A DNA stretch of 62,453 nt, filler included, from Choristocarpus tenellus KU-1152 (GCA_964200185.2; 11 parts of 11 records of this genome joined end to end with filler, not necessarily neighbours in it); one strand, 5' to 3'. Counted from the first letter of the whole stretch, positions 36,896-49,686 are shown. Made by a program: numbers and translations. The notes: generated from the sequence alone by a model not told the origin.

Positions 36896-37600
36896 GAATT
36901 TAAAATAGAAGCTGATTTAGCCATGCTAACATCATTATTGCTTGGCTGTTGGTTTTGAGCTTCTGAGTTATTGTTATCTTGTAAGTTGTTGTTGCTTGAA
37001 GTATTTGAGGTTGTAGTTAGAGTTGAACCTATATTAATATTTCCACCAACTACTAGTTTTTCTTCCATAATAGCCTGGTTTTGATGCTCTATGTCATCAT
37101 AGGTTCTATCTATTACCTTACTTACAGGCTCATATTTTTGCCTAGGCTCTTTGTAATTGTAATAGTCAGAAAATGGTATGTATTTATCTTTAAACTTGGT
37201 TATGTTCTTTTGTAAGAAATCATATGTAACAATAAGCATTCTATCTAGTAGTCTTAGAGCTTTTGTTCACGTAGAGACGAAGCTGCTCTATATGACGGGA
37301 TAAGGAGACATAACTGTTTCTAAGTGTAGAGAATCCATCGTGATATACATATAAATCCGCAATACTTGCCCCTTGAGCTTTAAATACAGTTGTTGCATAT
37401 CCATGTCTAAAGCCGCTATATTCACCTGGGTCAAATGATACGTATCTATCATTATTTACATTAAATTCATCGTATCTAAACCGCAGAGTGAACTTATCTT
37501 CGGATACATGGGATATTTCAGCAAGGTCTCCATTGGTTAAGCCAAGCTTTTTGTTGGTTTTTGTAATTAGAACTCTATCACCTTTCATATAGTGACTAAT
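36896..37600 (-). pseudogene. traA: Fragment of a bacterial conjugative relaxase/helicase TraA (Ti-type, Rickettsiales-like), disrupted, in nuclear context
   Basis: YMKGDRVLITKTNKKLGLTNGDLAEI..VSFDP..FRHGYATTVFKAQGASIADLYVYHDG..NSYVSLSRHIEQLRLYVNK matches TraA SF1B helicase motifs V/VI. Intronless and AT-rich (roughly one-third GC by spot counts). A second AT-rich frame follows (36896-37239). Confidence 0.78.
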
Positions 37601-37799
37601 TGGTCTTCTATGCAACTGCTCTACCCGTACTCCAATCATAAACCTTTCTTCTGAAACTCCTTAGGGACTTTGACTTTTTCTTCTGTAACGTTACGTATGC
37701 ATTCCGAATCTTACTCTGTATCTTCTATGAAATCATAATTTACTCTGTAAGGCTGGCTACCTATGCGTTACTAATATTGTAAATTGTTGGCACTTCTTA

Positions 37800-37960
37800 G
37801 AACGTGAGAAACAATCCTCACACTATACATCTGTCACAAATGTTCGTGTTTGCTAAGACATAACAAGAAAATGCTCACACTATTCGCGTGTAACAAACGC
37901 TCGCATTTCGTTGGAACACAAGAAGAAATGCTCGCGCAATTTGCCTGTAACACATTTGCT
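37800..37960. repeat. Three diverged tandem 57-bp units
   Basis: The CTCACACTA/CTCGCGCAA anchor recurs at 37817, 37874 and 37931. Confidence 0.75.
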
Positions 37961-37979
37961 GTGTCGTACCCATTGTTGG

Positions 37980-38580
37980 GACAACGTCTATGGTCATTTC
38001 TTCTATTAAGTCAATTGTGCAGGACATGACTCAAGACGAAATTGTGTACAAGGCCCGTTGCTCTCTGGACACTGCTCGAGCCCATCATGCCCCTAACGCT
38101 GTCAGTCGTCAGGAGAACTCTCGGGTCAATTTTCTTCATAACATCCCTTATCAGGGAGGTAGTTGATTTCCCTAACTGTTTTTTAAGTCAAGGAACAAGA
38201 TAGTAAGGCAGTAAATGCATTCTGCAAGTGGTAGTAGAGTTAACAAAATAATTCACACAATGTTTTGATACAGTAGTTACAACAATACTAATTGTCATAA
38301 GGGAGAAATGGAGTGGACTGGGAGATATACTGACCTCTGAAAGAGCGAAAGCCAACATCTTCGTACCTTGGTGTTGCCTTCTGCTGTGGTAACATCTTTA
38401 CCATTTCTCCTTTGTAAGCAATATTGTTGAGTTAGGATATACATGGTACTTACTGTATTGACGGTTTCCACCCACACGAATCCCAGTTATGAGACTGGAG
38501 GAATGATACGTCCTCTGGAAAGCAAGCTGGCATATTCTCAAACGTCTCCTCCTTGAGAAAGTTTAATCAAAATCAAGAGC
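37980..38580 (-). mobile_element. Very degenerate Copia integrase-region remnant
   Basis: FVWVETVNTVSTMYILT resembles the Copia LWAEAVNTAxYIxN motif. Otherwise heavily decayed. Confidence 0.35.
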
Positions 38581-39388
38581 GCCTCATCCTGGGGAAGAGA
38601 ATTGTCTGACAGTGTCCCTTAACCACAGTGAATACCAAATGGAGGGGTATTTAATCAAGCTGCCTACTCCAGGGTACACGAAACTCCAGAGGTCTTGCAT
38701 GGGAGACATGTGAAGTACTAGTGTGAAATGCAAGGGATTCCTTTTTGGTGCTGAATCTGAAAATGAATTATACTTCATGTTGGGGTATAAGTGGTACAAG
38801 GGCATGTATATATGTGTAGATGGACTGGGAGAAATGGAAACCATAGAAGTTGACCAATTATATGCGGGAGTTGTTACCTCTTTCTCCCCCACTTGTGACA
38901 GGAGAAATATCAACAGCCTTCACATGGCCACCTTTTTGTTTACAGTTGAGTCAAGGTGATAGCCACGACTCTATTGCTTCTTTTCTAGTCAATACGAAAC
39001 TCTGTCAAACATACTGCTGATTAGAATGTATGACAATATCCAACTAGTAATCTATAGAGGGGGAATTGATTTAGAATAACCTGTAGTACTTGGAAAAATG
39101 GATTAGGGACTAACCCTGAATCTACGTTTTGTTGTTGGACTACTTCATCCTTCAATTTTCTTTGAAATATCGCATGTGGATAACCTCATAGTGCACAATA
39201 TGCCTTCTTCGCTTCCTCTCCAAGCACCATGAGCTCCATGTCTGGCACAGATATATCTATTTGATTCCCGAGCTAAACTTTGTCAGTCCAAGTTTGAAAT
39301 AAGATAGTATTACCCTGCTTGTACTATGTGTCACCAGTGTACACTGATGCCATTGGCGAGAACACCAACCTCTACTCACAAACAAACT

Positions 39389-41397
39389 TCACCAGAAAGG
39401 CACAAATTCCTTCCAAACTACAGACACACATCTCTGTGTTCGGTCAATGACCACAAGACAAGTGTGGTAAGGCGATTCTGCCTTAAACAAACCAGAAGAC
39501 ACACCATTCACTCCCGTGATTCGAAACGCTTGACTGGTCACTTCCACTTTACCCGTTGATGAGTTCTTGAAAACTGACATGAGGTCCTACAGCTCAGACA
39601 AGCCGAAATGAGGGGGGTGCTTGGGTGGTTGAGAATTGTAGATGGGATGTAGGAACCGCTTTGACTGCAGCTACCTGTTAAACCTACGCATAAGTATACC
39701 CAGAGAGTATTCTTGCTACAGGCGTGACATGGGGCTTGTTAATCGATAGTCTAGTTTGATCCTTCCCTACATCAATTATTTTGCAAGCATCTATATTTTG
39801 TGAATTACCACACTCTCTAGGTGTATTGGTGCAAGTTATATGGCCAAAGAAAAGTAACCATGAGATCTTCATATCGGAAAAGTAGAATTCGACTCACATT
39901 ACTCAGTATAAGCCAACTGAGCAATATTATGTCTGAATGATCCACATAGTGGGAGAAATCACCTGATGCTATCACTGCAGTTCGGTCATTGTTCGATTCC
40001 TCTCGAACATTTGGAAGTTTCCCGTTCGTGTTCTATTCACCTCCTCGAATAATATTGATTCTTGGCACAAACATCACCCTGCACTCAAGTAATTCTGCAT
40101 ATTTTGTTCACTGCAGTCACCATTGCCCCACTAAAATGCATAGATTCTGAATTTGCAAATTCAAGTATCGTCGGTGCCTTCCCTCACCAAGTGATAGCTT
40201 ATATCCGATTGTGTGATTGCCTTCGAAGGAAGCTACATTCACATGACTTTGTATGTCCAACAATATGTGTGCAACTGTGTGTTTGCATCAATAAGTTGTG
40301 TCTTCAAAGCAATTGGTTCTCACCTTGTATATCAGCTTCGTCACATCTTTGTACTTTTCGAGGTTTTCGTCGGGCTGACACATTGCACCACCCAGGCTCA
40401 GACTTTTGAAAAGATGGTAGATGAGTTCTCCCTTTTGGGGATCTGTGAAAACATCTGCGTGCTCTGATTCAGGATTGGCCAATAGCTCCCGTAACTTGTC
40501 TGATGTGGTAAGTCCGTTGATCGTTTCCTCATAGCAACCCCGAATATACCCTGTCTCGGTTACAATGTCTGCTCATATATCCAGGTAATCGGGGATTTCA
40601 AAGAGATCAGGATAGAGCGTTTTTTATCTATATATATTATATATTTGCTATCTTTGGTAAATGGCTCCACTCTGCAGGCACTTGACACAACTGCACGTTG
40701 ATGACGCTTGTATTCTGTGGTGGGTTGGACTTGACTATACCGAATTCGGTCTACGTCGAAATTTGTTCGATTGAGAGCGGGCACCCACCTTTAGACTTTA
40801 GACAGTCGAAGAAGGCCATGGAGACTATGGTGCAACTCAGACGCTCCCACTGTACGCTATGGATACTGGAACCGCCGTGCAACTGCATGATAGATGTGAG
40901 AAACAGACACGAGAAGAATTTGATGGTGCGTGACTAAGGTTGACCACGCACACGTCAATGAGGTCGTATACAAACAAAGAAGATAGTTATCCACACATGC
41001 ATTACCTCACCTTTACTTTGGCTGCTAATGCAGAGGATCCAAAAAGTTGACGAAGGAAATTGTCTGCATCGTGAGGCATGAATCTCTGATCGAACTTGAG
41101 TTTTGCCACACCGAAAGTATTCAGAAGTCCCCTTGGGAGTACCAGGAAATGAGTAGAGTCAAGGAGGCGGTAAGTAGACTTATATATCGACTGACACTCT
41201 GTAGGAAAAACTGATTGTTTATATATATACCTCCTATCAACTACATGTCTGTGTTGCGGTAAAGCTTTTCTACCATCGTTCAGAGAACAACCTCACCATT
41301 GATGCAGACTATTCCTCACTACTTCCTTTTCAAGAGAAGTGGAGGCATCCACAAGGGAGAAAGAGAAGTGCACTGGAATCTCGAATGCGTTGTCCAT
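39389..41397 (-). CDS. CFAP300: Cilia- and flagella-associated protein 300 (C11orf70/DNAAF17), complete; exons 41397..41297, 41131..41011, 40882..40789, 40568..40324, 39586..39389 (759 nt, 252 aa)
   Basis: Spliced product ..QWGL..KFDQRF..DNFLRQLF..LSCTIVSMAFFD..DIV..SDKLRELL..ESEHADVFTDPQKGELIYHLFKSLSLGGAMCQPDENLEKYKDVTKLIYKDLMSVFKN..VTSQAFRI..F..VID matches CFAP300 conserved blocks. All four introns are GT-AG with consistent phases (2,0,1,0). Confidence 0.95.
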
Positions 41398-42189
41398 GGA
41401 AATCTGCAGGACTTCCTTTCAATTGTAGTGTACGCGTCCTAAGAGGATAATGAGTACGAGATACCCTTAAAGATTTTATTGAACTCTCCCCTTAAAGGGC
41501 ATCAACAATAATCTAACGCGATTATATTAGCACTACACTATGGTAAACCGTAACAAAGTAGAGAAAAGCTGTGCAGGGGGTTATTGTCTCGACTGCCAAA
41601 TACTGGGAAGATATCCTGCTGTTGTACGACTTACAAGGGGTGGCAAGAGGTCGTTTACCCAAAAATTGTTTCGAGGATCTTCATAATACTGCAAACGCCT
41701 TTGACCTATCATTACATTTTTTGTTGTGTTCATAAAAAAAGATACAAGTAGGTACTTTTGCTGGTGACTATAGTTACAAATAATACTACACACAAAAGAT
41801 TTAATCATAACCAAAGTAATCTAGTAATATTTTGATATATATTGGAGTATATAATAGAGTAATAGTAGTACTAGTAGTAGTAGCAGTAACTATATATTTT
41901 TTATGTTAGGGTTAGGATTAGTGTTAGGGTGTTCATATATATCACTCCTATTTTCTATTTTCTGTAGTTGTGGATATATATTTGTGGTTAGGGTGAGGGT
42001 TATTTATATATATATTATATTTAGTAGTATGTGGATATATATTGGGTGTTGTTTCAATCTGTCCACACAAAAAATATACCCTGAAATATAGATAAAAGGT
42101 TTTGTTTTATTCACGAATTCCGGATAATTTTTTTTTAATTCTATATTTGTATTCCCCCCTTTTCCTTTTCCTCCCCACATTCTATCACC

Positions 42190-42540
42190 CCTTGTGACTA
42201 ACCCGTGCGATCTCTTCGCCACTGATTTTCCGTCCTCTTCCCCCCCTTTGCGATGACCAACCAATGCGAACCCCTTTTGCCACTGATTTCCAGCCAATGC
42301 CCACCTCTGATAACCAACCAGGGCAAACCCCTTTCGCCACTGATTTCCATTCACCCCCCACATCTGATAACTAACCAAGGTGAACCCCTTTTGCCATTGA
42401 TTTCCAGTCACTACCACACCCTTCAACCCAACACCAGTTCCCACTCCCCTCGACCCGACACCAGTTACCACTCCACTCCACCCCACACCAGTTACCACTC
42501 CACCACACCATTCAACACCACTCAACACCACTCCACAATC
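42190..42540. repeat. Minisatellite: four ~57-bp units followed by CACCAGTTACCACTCCAC-type short repeats
   Basis: The GCCACTGATTT anchor recurs at 42218, 42279, 42336 and 42393. Confidence 0.85.
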
Positions 42541-42669
42541 ATCCAAGAACACCCCTTCATCATCCCCTTCATACCGTGCCTTTGAGCTAGAAGACATCTA
42601 CCCTGCCCAAACTTGACCTCCCCTTCCTACCCAGCATCCCAGTTGGTCGTGAGCAAGCGACAGAGTGGG

Positions 42670-43140
42670 TGGGCAGGAAAGCTTGCTCAGGGGTCATCTT
42701 GATCTAGCCCTCCTCGTCCTGCCACACCAGCCCTAGATTTTCTTTCCAATTCAATACTCACCATTTGACCCCAAGTATCTGGGGGCGGGGGCAGGTTCTA
42801 CACCAGGGTATCCATTTGGTCAAAATCGGGTAAAGTACATTACATTATCCATCCGACGTATGCAACCAAATCACCCGAAAATCGTGATATGAAAAAATTG
42901 ATCCCATATGGACAGCCGCCACCCCCTCCCAGTTACTTTCAGCTTTTCTTCCTCCCTCCTGCCTCCACCTACCACCCATTTCTTTAACTTCTCTCCTCCC
43001 TCTCTCAACCACTCAGTATTTAACTCTTCGTTCACCCTCTTGCTAATTATATTTCTTTCCTGTCTCCTCCCTTCCCCTGTACACCCAACCAACCAGAATT
43101 GTTCCACCCACAAAACTCAGATTACTTAATAAACTTTTCC
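42670..43140 (+). repeat. Dispersed repeat, homolog of 13420-13835, split by a family A MITE
   Basis: Colinear shared blocks on either side of the MITE. Confidence 0.78.
42767..42944 (+). mobile_element. MITE family A, full copy
   Basis: GACCCCAAGTATCTGGGGG ... CCCAGTTACTTTCAGCT. Confidence 0.9.
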
Positions 43141-43749
43141 TATGTATCTCTATACTATTATTTCTTGTAACATAACTTGCGATCCAGAATAAATTTCTCC
43201 ATCAAACAAAGTGGGTGTGATATGTTCTTAGACATCAATGTTCCGGTTATACAATACCATTCTTTGTGAGGTTGCCAATAATTATTGGCGTTTTTAGTTC
43301 GTTCAGAATTTGACGAAATCAGTATTAAAATGAGATATTTGAATGCCCACCCGTCCACCCTCCCAAAGTGTACCCCCAAGAGATTTACCAGCATGCAACT
43401 CCTTGCAGAGAGAAAGAGAACAGATCTCACCACGAAAGTGGTTGCGCTGTGGTGCTCCCTCCAATTACTCATCCGTCTGGATGCTAAAATGATTCACTAG
43501 TACATATTACCGCCTTCGTTCGGAATTCAATGTAACATAATTTTTGCAGCCCTGATGAAGAAGCAATTTTTTTTTTCCCACATGTTTATATTTTATAAGT
43601 GTGTTATGCAGACACTAAAAGGTTGCCCATCAAAATCTCAAGCAAAATGGGGCAACCTACACCTATCTATGATTCATCCCCGAAGCCCTCCAAATCTCCA
43701 TTCCAGCATGGTATTTGCCACATCCATTAGGGTATTCGGGGGAAGCTTG

Positions 43750-44400
43750 CTTGCCTTTTCAGCCATTTCTTTGCTAAGGTGGTGGATTTTGAAGACATTG
43801 TCGCCCTTACACCCCAGCACTTCACTGTAGACTGCGAGGAGGCTCTGCCAGACGCGCTCTAGTGTCTCCAGGGGGTATACACATCAAACACCTCCAATCT
43901 AAACTCCACCAGCTCCTCTGTGTTGGTCACTCTCCCACGTCTTCAGTTGCTGGATGGAATGAAAGAACCCCTTGACGTTGAGGTCAGGTGGATTGGCTGG
44001 CTAGTTCTCTATGACATTTCGTCTCCTGCCACCTCCTCGATTGCCTCTATGGTCCCTCCCTTGATGTGTGGCTTTGCCCCATCCTGCTGCACGAAGGTGG
44101 TGGGTCCTTCCAGTCTAGGTATGCGGGCCCTGATGGCCGGGATGACACCCTCGATCATAAGCTTTTTATATCTCTCCCAGTCCACTGTGACTGACACAAG
44201 CACCTTGGTGCACTTGGGGCGGTGTTTGCTGGAGTGCTGAGCGACCTTAGTGTCCACGATTGGCCAGGTTCCAATTTTTTCATCGAACCACACCCCATTG
44301 GAGAGCTTCCTAGGGCAGGTCACAGGTGTAAGGAATATCACCTCGTGATGTAGTCATCTGGCTGTCATACTCCTTCAGATAATGGAAACACGGCGACTCA
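43750..44400 (-). mobile_element. Second plant-type mariner family, transposase remnant
   Basis: WFDEKIGTWPIV..AQHSSKHRPK..VIPAIRARIP..TFVQQDGAKPH..PANPPDLNV..FFHSIQ, with stops and frameshifts. Confidence 0.88.
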
Positions 44401-44918
44401 GGAAATTCTAAAGTCCTCCGTGATGGGTGCTGCTGTCCCCCGAGGCATGTGAGCTCATGCCATCTTGTCTCCAGGCTTTGCACCACCACACTGTTCTTCA
44501 TCGGGGTTGTTTAATTCCTGACCCCAGACAGACTTCGGAGTCAAAGAATTGGGACTGATGGGTGATGACGAGATGAGGTAGACACTCGAATGACAGGGGG
44601 CCTTCATCCTAGGCATCCTGATAAGCACCTACTTTGACAGTTTCACGAGGTTTTAAGCCCCGCCAAATGCAAATTGGTCGACTTTGCACTGGTGATTCTC
44701 CACATTCTTGACAACCCACCATCTCAAACTTTGCATGCCTCCCAATATATATGAGAACTAAGTGTTGTCCAGAGGGCTCATCATGTGGGTAATCCCAAGA
44801 ACGAAGTTTGCAAAAGTTTTGTTGCATTTAATTCCGAATGGAGGAAGTATTTACTTTATGTCTGTGGACTAGATTTTGTGCTCCACGAAAAAATCGAGCC
44901 ATTTTGACTCCTTCTGTT

Positions 44919-45164
44919 GACTCAAACCAACTGAGAGGTAGGCAGGTTTGCATTTTCAGGATCCTGAGAAAGGGCAAAAAGATGCAATTGCAGAATGAGC
45001 CTTTGCTGAATGTGGTGTCACTATATGTGGGAAAGGGGGACTATCAATTTGCGTGCACCATTGTGCACATAAAGTAATGAAATAGAGTGTACTGCACGGG
45101 GCAAGGAAGATGGGTTGTAATGCAGAGGTCTCCAAACCTGTCTACCTCTCGATTGGTTTGACTT
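44919..45164 (+). mobile_element. MITE family C (246 bp), TSD TGTT
   Basis: GACTCAAACCAACTGAGAGGTAGGCAGGTTT ... AAACCTGTCTACCTCTCGATTGGTTTGACTT. TGTT at 44915-44918 and 45165-45168. Confidence 0.88.
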
Positions 45165-46229
45165 TGTTGTCCGCCCCTCCAGGGACGGTGGGGCCCTGAG
45201 GAGCTTTGTCACGTTGTGACTCCTTGTATAAGAGAATAAATTTCACCACAAAGGAATTTGATTTTCCCTCTATGAACTGGCTGTTTGGGTGCTAAGATGG
45301 TATCATCACCTTACGCTTGTTTAGATACAATACCCTCCATAAAAACCAAGACGTTGGACTCTCGTTCATCCATCTACCCATAAGGGGGCCCTCTGGAGAG
45401 ATTGCTGGGCCATACCTCTTAGACTATATTTCACCATGAAAGAGGTCGCACTCACCACAAAAACGCCCGATCAAGAATAGGCGGCAAGTCTTCATTGCCC
45501 ATGATTTGGGGAGGAGGGAGAGTGACAAGCAGCAATGGGATGACGGCCAATGGGATGGCCAACCCAACATGTGAGAAGAAAGGCATTGACCAAGGGGCAG
45601 TACAATTAGTGATAGTGGAATAATTGAGGTGCGGGACGCCAAAAAGGACCTAGCATAGTCGAGAAAAACGAAAAATGTGGAAAAAAAGGTCACCCCAACT
45701 CCCGAAATCATGGTTCTCGTTTCAAATGTTGTGACATTTCTCGGCATTTTGAGAAAACCCAAACCCTAACATGATAAAAAAACAAATGGAAAGCGACAAT
45801 AGTGTACCTGGAACCTGGTGAAAGGTGGGAGAGCACGGATTAAAACGATAAGAGATCTCTCGAAATTTGGGCGTGAAACAAGGATTTTTCCATTTGAGAA
45901 AACCCTAACCCTAAAGCAGTGACAATCATCATCATCTTAGGATTTTCTCGAAATAGGACACTTCTGTTGTACGCCCAGTATTTTCGATTTTCTATTAATT
46001 TTGTTTCTACATTCCCCCATACTTCCCTGTAGTTTCAGGCGCACTGCTACTGCTTCACATATCTTTTTTCCTAATCGATTTACATAGGATTTGGGATTTC
46101 TTAACATGCTGAAAATGAGACAAAAATTGGCTAAGGGTGATTTCGGAATTTTAGGTGTTTAAAAAAAACATATATGCCATTTTTCTCCATTGTTGCTCTG
46201 TGTTCTTTGAGGTATTCGGAACATCACCC

Positions 46230-46491
46230 GAACCTAACCAATTGAGAGGTGGGCAGGTTTGAACCCTTTCCCGCTCCAAGCCAGTTTTCTTGCTCTATGC
46301 AATATACTCTACTTCATTACTTTATGTGCACAATAGTGTACGCAAATTGATCTTCTCTCTTTCCACGCACAGACTGACACCACATTTCAGCAAATAATGC
46401 TCTTTCTGCAGTTTTTACAAGTTTGTATATTTTTGCCCTTTCTCGGGATTCGTAAAATGTAATCCTGCCTACCTCTTAGTTGGTTTGACTA
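46230..46491 (-). mobile_element. MITE family C, inverted copy
   Basis: AACCAATTGAGAGGTGGGCAGGTTT ... CCTGCCTACCTCTTAGTTGGTTTGACT. Internal TTTATGTGCACAAT is shared with the other copies. Confidence 0.85.
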
Positions 46492-47457
46492 CAGTAATGA
46501 ATGGTTGACACCGAAAAGGTTTTGTTTTTGTGGAGAAACTTCTTCCTGTGCATGTATCTTCCTCCTGTGCTGAACTTGGTCTTGGCTCAACAAGACAGTT
46601 CCAATATTTCTTGATACGTCCAGACCAGATCCACCAAGTATTGAAGCCTGTCTGGTCCATGGGTCAGACAGAGGTTCCAAAATATGTCTAACAAATAATT
46701 GGAAACTGACTAGCTTGTGGACCGGACATCTTGAGACATTTTCAAACATGCCTGAACCAGGGCTGTAAAAAAATGTATTTGTACAGGACCATGGCTTGAC
46801 CTGCAGCTAATGCATATAACATTGACATTATGAAGACAACCTGGTCCAATTTAAGTGCAGTCAGCTGAAGGAATCTGAAAAGACCTTTATTTCTGCATAC
46901 AAATAGGAATATTTATGTAGCGATATTTGACCAGGCTTGTATGGCTAAAACTTCTTTTTTTCCGTGGCTGGCCATCAGCTACCTCGATGTGGCTGGGCCA
47001 TCGATCAGTGCAGAACGAAGAGATATCCCAACAGGATATAGGCTCAGACTCTCAACTGTTTCAAGATGACCAGCCTGTGCAGGCGGGCCGGTGACCATGG
47101 CCCAGACCCCAACCATGCTATGCCTAATAGCGCTGAGACTGATGAAAGGTCCTTAAATTTCCTCCATAATAGGAGGTGGTGATATGTACCGATGCTAATG
47201 GCAGGCCTTCCAGAGCATTGGATATTAGTGAGTTGTGTTTGGAATCCTCTTGGTTACACTTCGCAGCTACATTGTTTTTCTTTCTCCTTTTTCTTCTTTC
47301 TTTTATTTCTCTATCTTGCATTAGTATTTAGCTTTTCTCAAGCATTGTGCATTGCTTACCTTTTAGCAATGGGTCTTGGGGCTCCTTAGACTAACGTAAT
47401 AACAGTTTGTAGAAGTACGAGGACACTCCAGTTAGAAATATCGAAGACTCTGCAACG

Positions 47458-47491
<34 letters not shown>

Positions 47492-48001
47492 ATATTGTAT
47501 AACAAGACATAGAAAAACTCTGAAAACCAGGCAAGAAAATCCAGACATAACACACTATTGACATCGATTATTTCCTGGGACGAGGTGCGTCACTAACGCC
47601 GTCAACATCACCAGGTCCTTTGGGAAAGAGGTGAAAGGGAAAATTCAGAGTTATACCTGATCCGTTTAACCAGAATAACATTCTCTACATAGCACATAAA
47701 TGAAGAAGTGGAACACAGGCAAGAACAATCAAACCAGAGGTAAGTGACAATGATAAGAGCAAGATTCATCAGGCAGTGGTGAGTGTGCATGTGTCCTGAT
47801 GATCTGCTTGGACTGGCTTATCCGATGCTGCTTTAGCATGCCGCACATCAACATCCACTCCTTCTCTAACATGCCATATAAAATCCTGTGCTTCGGTTCT
47901 ATATTATTATTTCTACTACTAGTGTTAGTTCTCGGTGGATGTGAGGCCTGTTGAATCCAAGTCATTGTAGTCTTGTGGTTGGATTTGACATCTGTCTCAA
48001 A

Positions 48002-48023
48002 CACCCAAAGTATCTGGGGGGGG
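48002..48023 (+). mobile_element. MITE family A left terminus at contig end
   Basis: CACCCAAAGTATCTGGGGGGGG, then gap. Confidence 0.8.
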
Positions 48024-49279
48024 NNNNNNNNNNNNNNNNNNNNNNNNNNNNNNNNNNNNNNNNNNNNTTAATTAATTAANNNNNNNNNNNNNNNNNNNNN
48101 NNNNNNNNNNNNNNNNNNNNNNNGATACTTTAACACATATATCCCCAGATGCACATACCATTGTTTGTGCCTCTTTCTCTACAGGGGATATGAGATTGTG
48201 TTTGAGTTGTTGGAAAATCGAGGACAATGGATATCAGGAGTGAACCTTCAAATAAGTCGTTATATGGACTGCCGCAAATTTTTCATACCTTGTTGTACCG
48301 TAAAGTTTGGCAAAAATTACACAAGGCGAGTGGACGAAAGGAAGAGTGAAACATGTGTTGGCATAGTTTCGGGATTTGAAGGATCAGGGATGGTGTTAGG
48401 GTTGAGATACAGATCACAGAGTTAGGGTTGGTAAGGGTTGGGATTGGAAACAGAAACAGAAAGGATTATCGTTTATTTCCGATACATATTGGAGTCAACG
48501 TATCGGAGAACATTATCTTCGTCGTTAGGTTTCGTCCCGCTCTTGAGGCGAGGACATGTGCGTCACCAGTTTCGAGCTACGGTGTAACTAGTGAACACCA
48601 CGTGTCTCTGATTTCGATGCAAATGTGTGATTTCGGAAGGATATGGTGACCATATGCTTCGCTGTGTCTAGTCTTCAAGCGCTAATCCCTTGTTGCGGTA
48701 ATTACAGAACGCACAGGCTACATTGGCATGTGTCTAGCTGCGATGGAGTTCTGATCTTGCCCTGGGATCTACCCCGCCGGAGTCCATGAGTTCATTCCCG
48801 TTGTTAGCCAGATTCCCTAGTAGCTGACGGGTGGCCATCCTACATCTGCGGTGCGATTGGCTATATGGTCCTCTCCAAGAACTGCGGCAACGAATCCTAT
48901 ATATTGTCCAGGCCCGTTGGTTTGTTGTTGAGTGAGTGAACGAGTGTGGGGTTGGTCGCAAATGTGGTTTGACGATAGTTTTTTTGCTATGCACTATAAT
49001 ATTATTCTTCAAATTACATTAAATATATGAAAAAAAATGCAAACTCGACGTTTTGACCCTGTCGCATTATTGAAGAAATTTAGGAGGATGGAGATGTGGA
49101 AGTGTCGAACGTGCCAAGTTCTCTGCTCAAGGAGGCAATCACAATAACCGGTGTGAACTCTTCCACCTCAGAGGGTGAGACCGAGTTTCAAAGGTCTTGG
49201 CCCAACATCTCAAAGTCGAGGAAATCCAGAACAGAACAAAAACTTCAAACACAACAGACGTCCCAGAATGACTGAGCAA

Positions 49280-49686
49280 TGTCACAGCAGAGAAATGGAT
49301 CGGTCAGAATGACCCAAAGTATCTGTGGAGGGGGGGGGGTCTACACCAGGGTGTCCATTTGACTCAAAATCGGGAAAAGCGCTTTTACATTATCCATCCG
49401 GCTTATGCAACCAAATCACCCATAAATTGAGACATGAAACAAATATTTCCAAATGGACAGCTGCCACCACCCCCCCAGATACTTGGAGTCAATCAGAATG
49501 GATCTTCGTTCTGACAGTCCATTTTGACTGTTTGGTCAAATCTGGATCTCTTGTGGTTGGTTTAATGGACTGGTCAGTATGGGTGAGTTCAAGTGATATG
49601 GTTGGCGCGCACAAATGTATATGGCCGCGCGTCTTATACACAAGTGTGTGTGTCGGAGATCCCCAAAAAGGAACCTGTCCCTGACA
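49280..49686 (-). repeat. 3' LTR of the Gypsy element (TGTCA...TGACA), containing a family A MITE
   Basis: Begins TGTCAGGG three bases after the poly-G PPT and ends ..TGACA at 49280. Confidence 0.75.
49311..49490 (+). mobile_element. MITE family A, full copy inside the LTR
   Basis: GACCCAAAGTATCT ... AGATACTTGGAGTC. Only AAT is duplicated. Confidence 0.92.

Noticed and set aside
37241-37600. Helitron/Pif1 helicase explanation for the helicase motifs
   Set aside because: It lacks QFPL..AMTINKSQG and HGQLYVALSRV. HGYATT..KAQGAS and SRH fit TraA better.
43160-43560. Possible hAT transposase remnant (LPKCTPKRFTSMQLLAE)
   Set aside because: Only a single weak motif.
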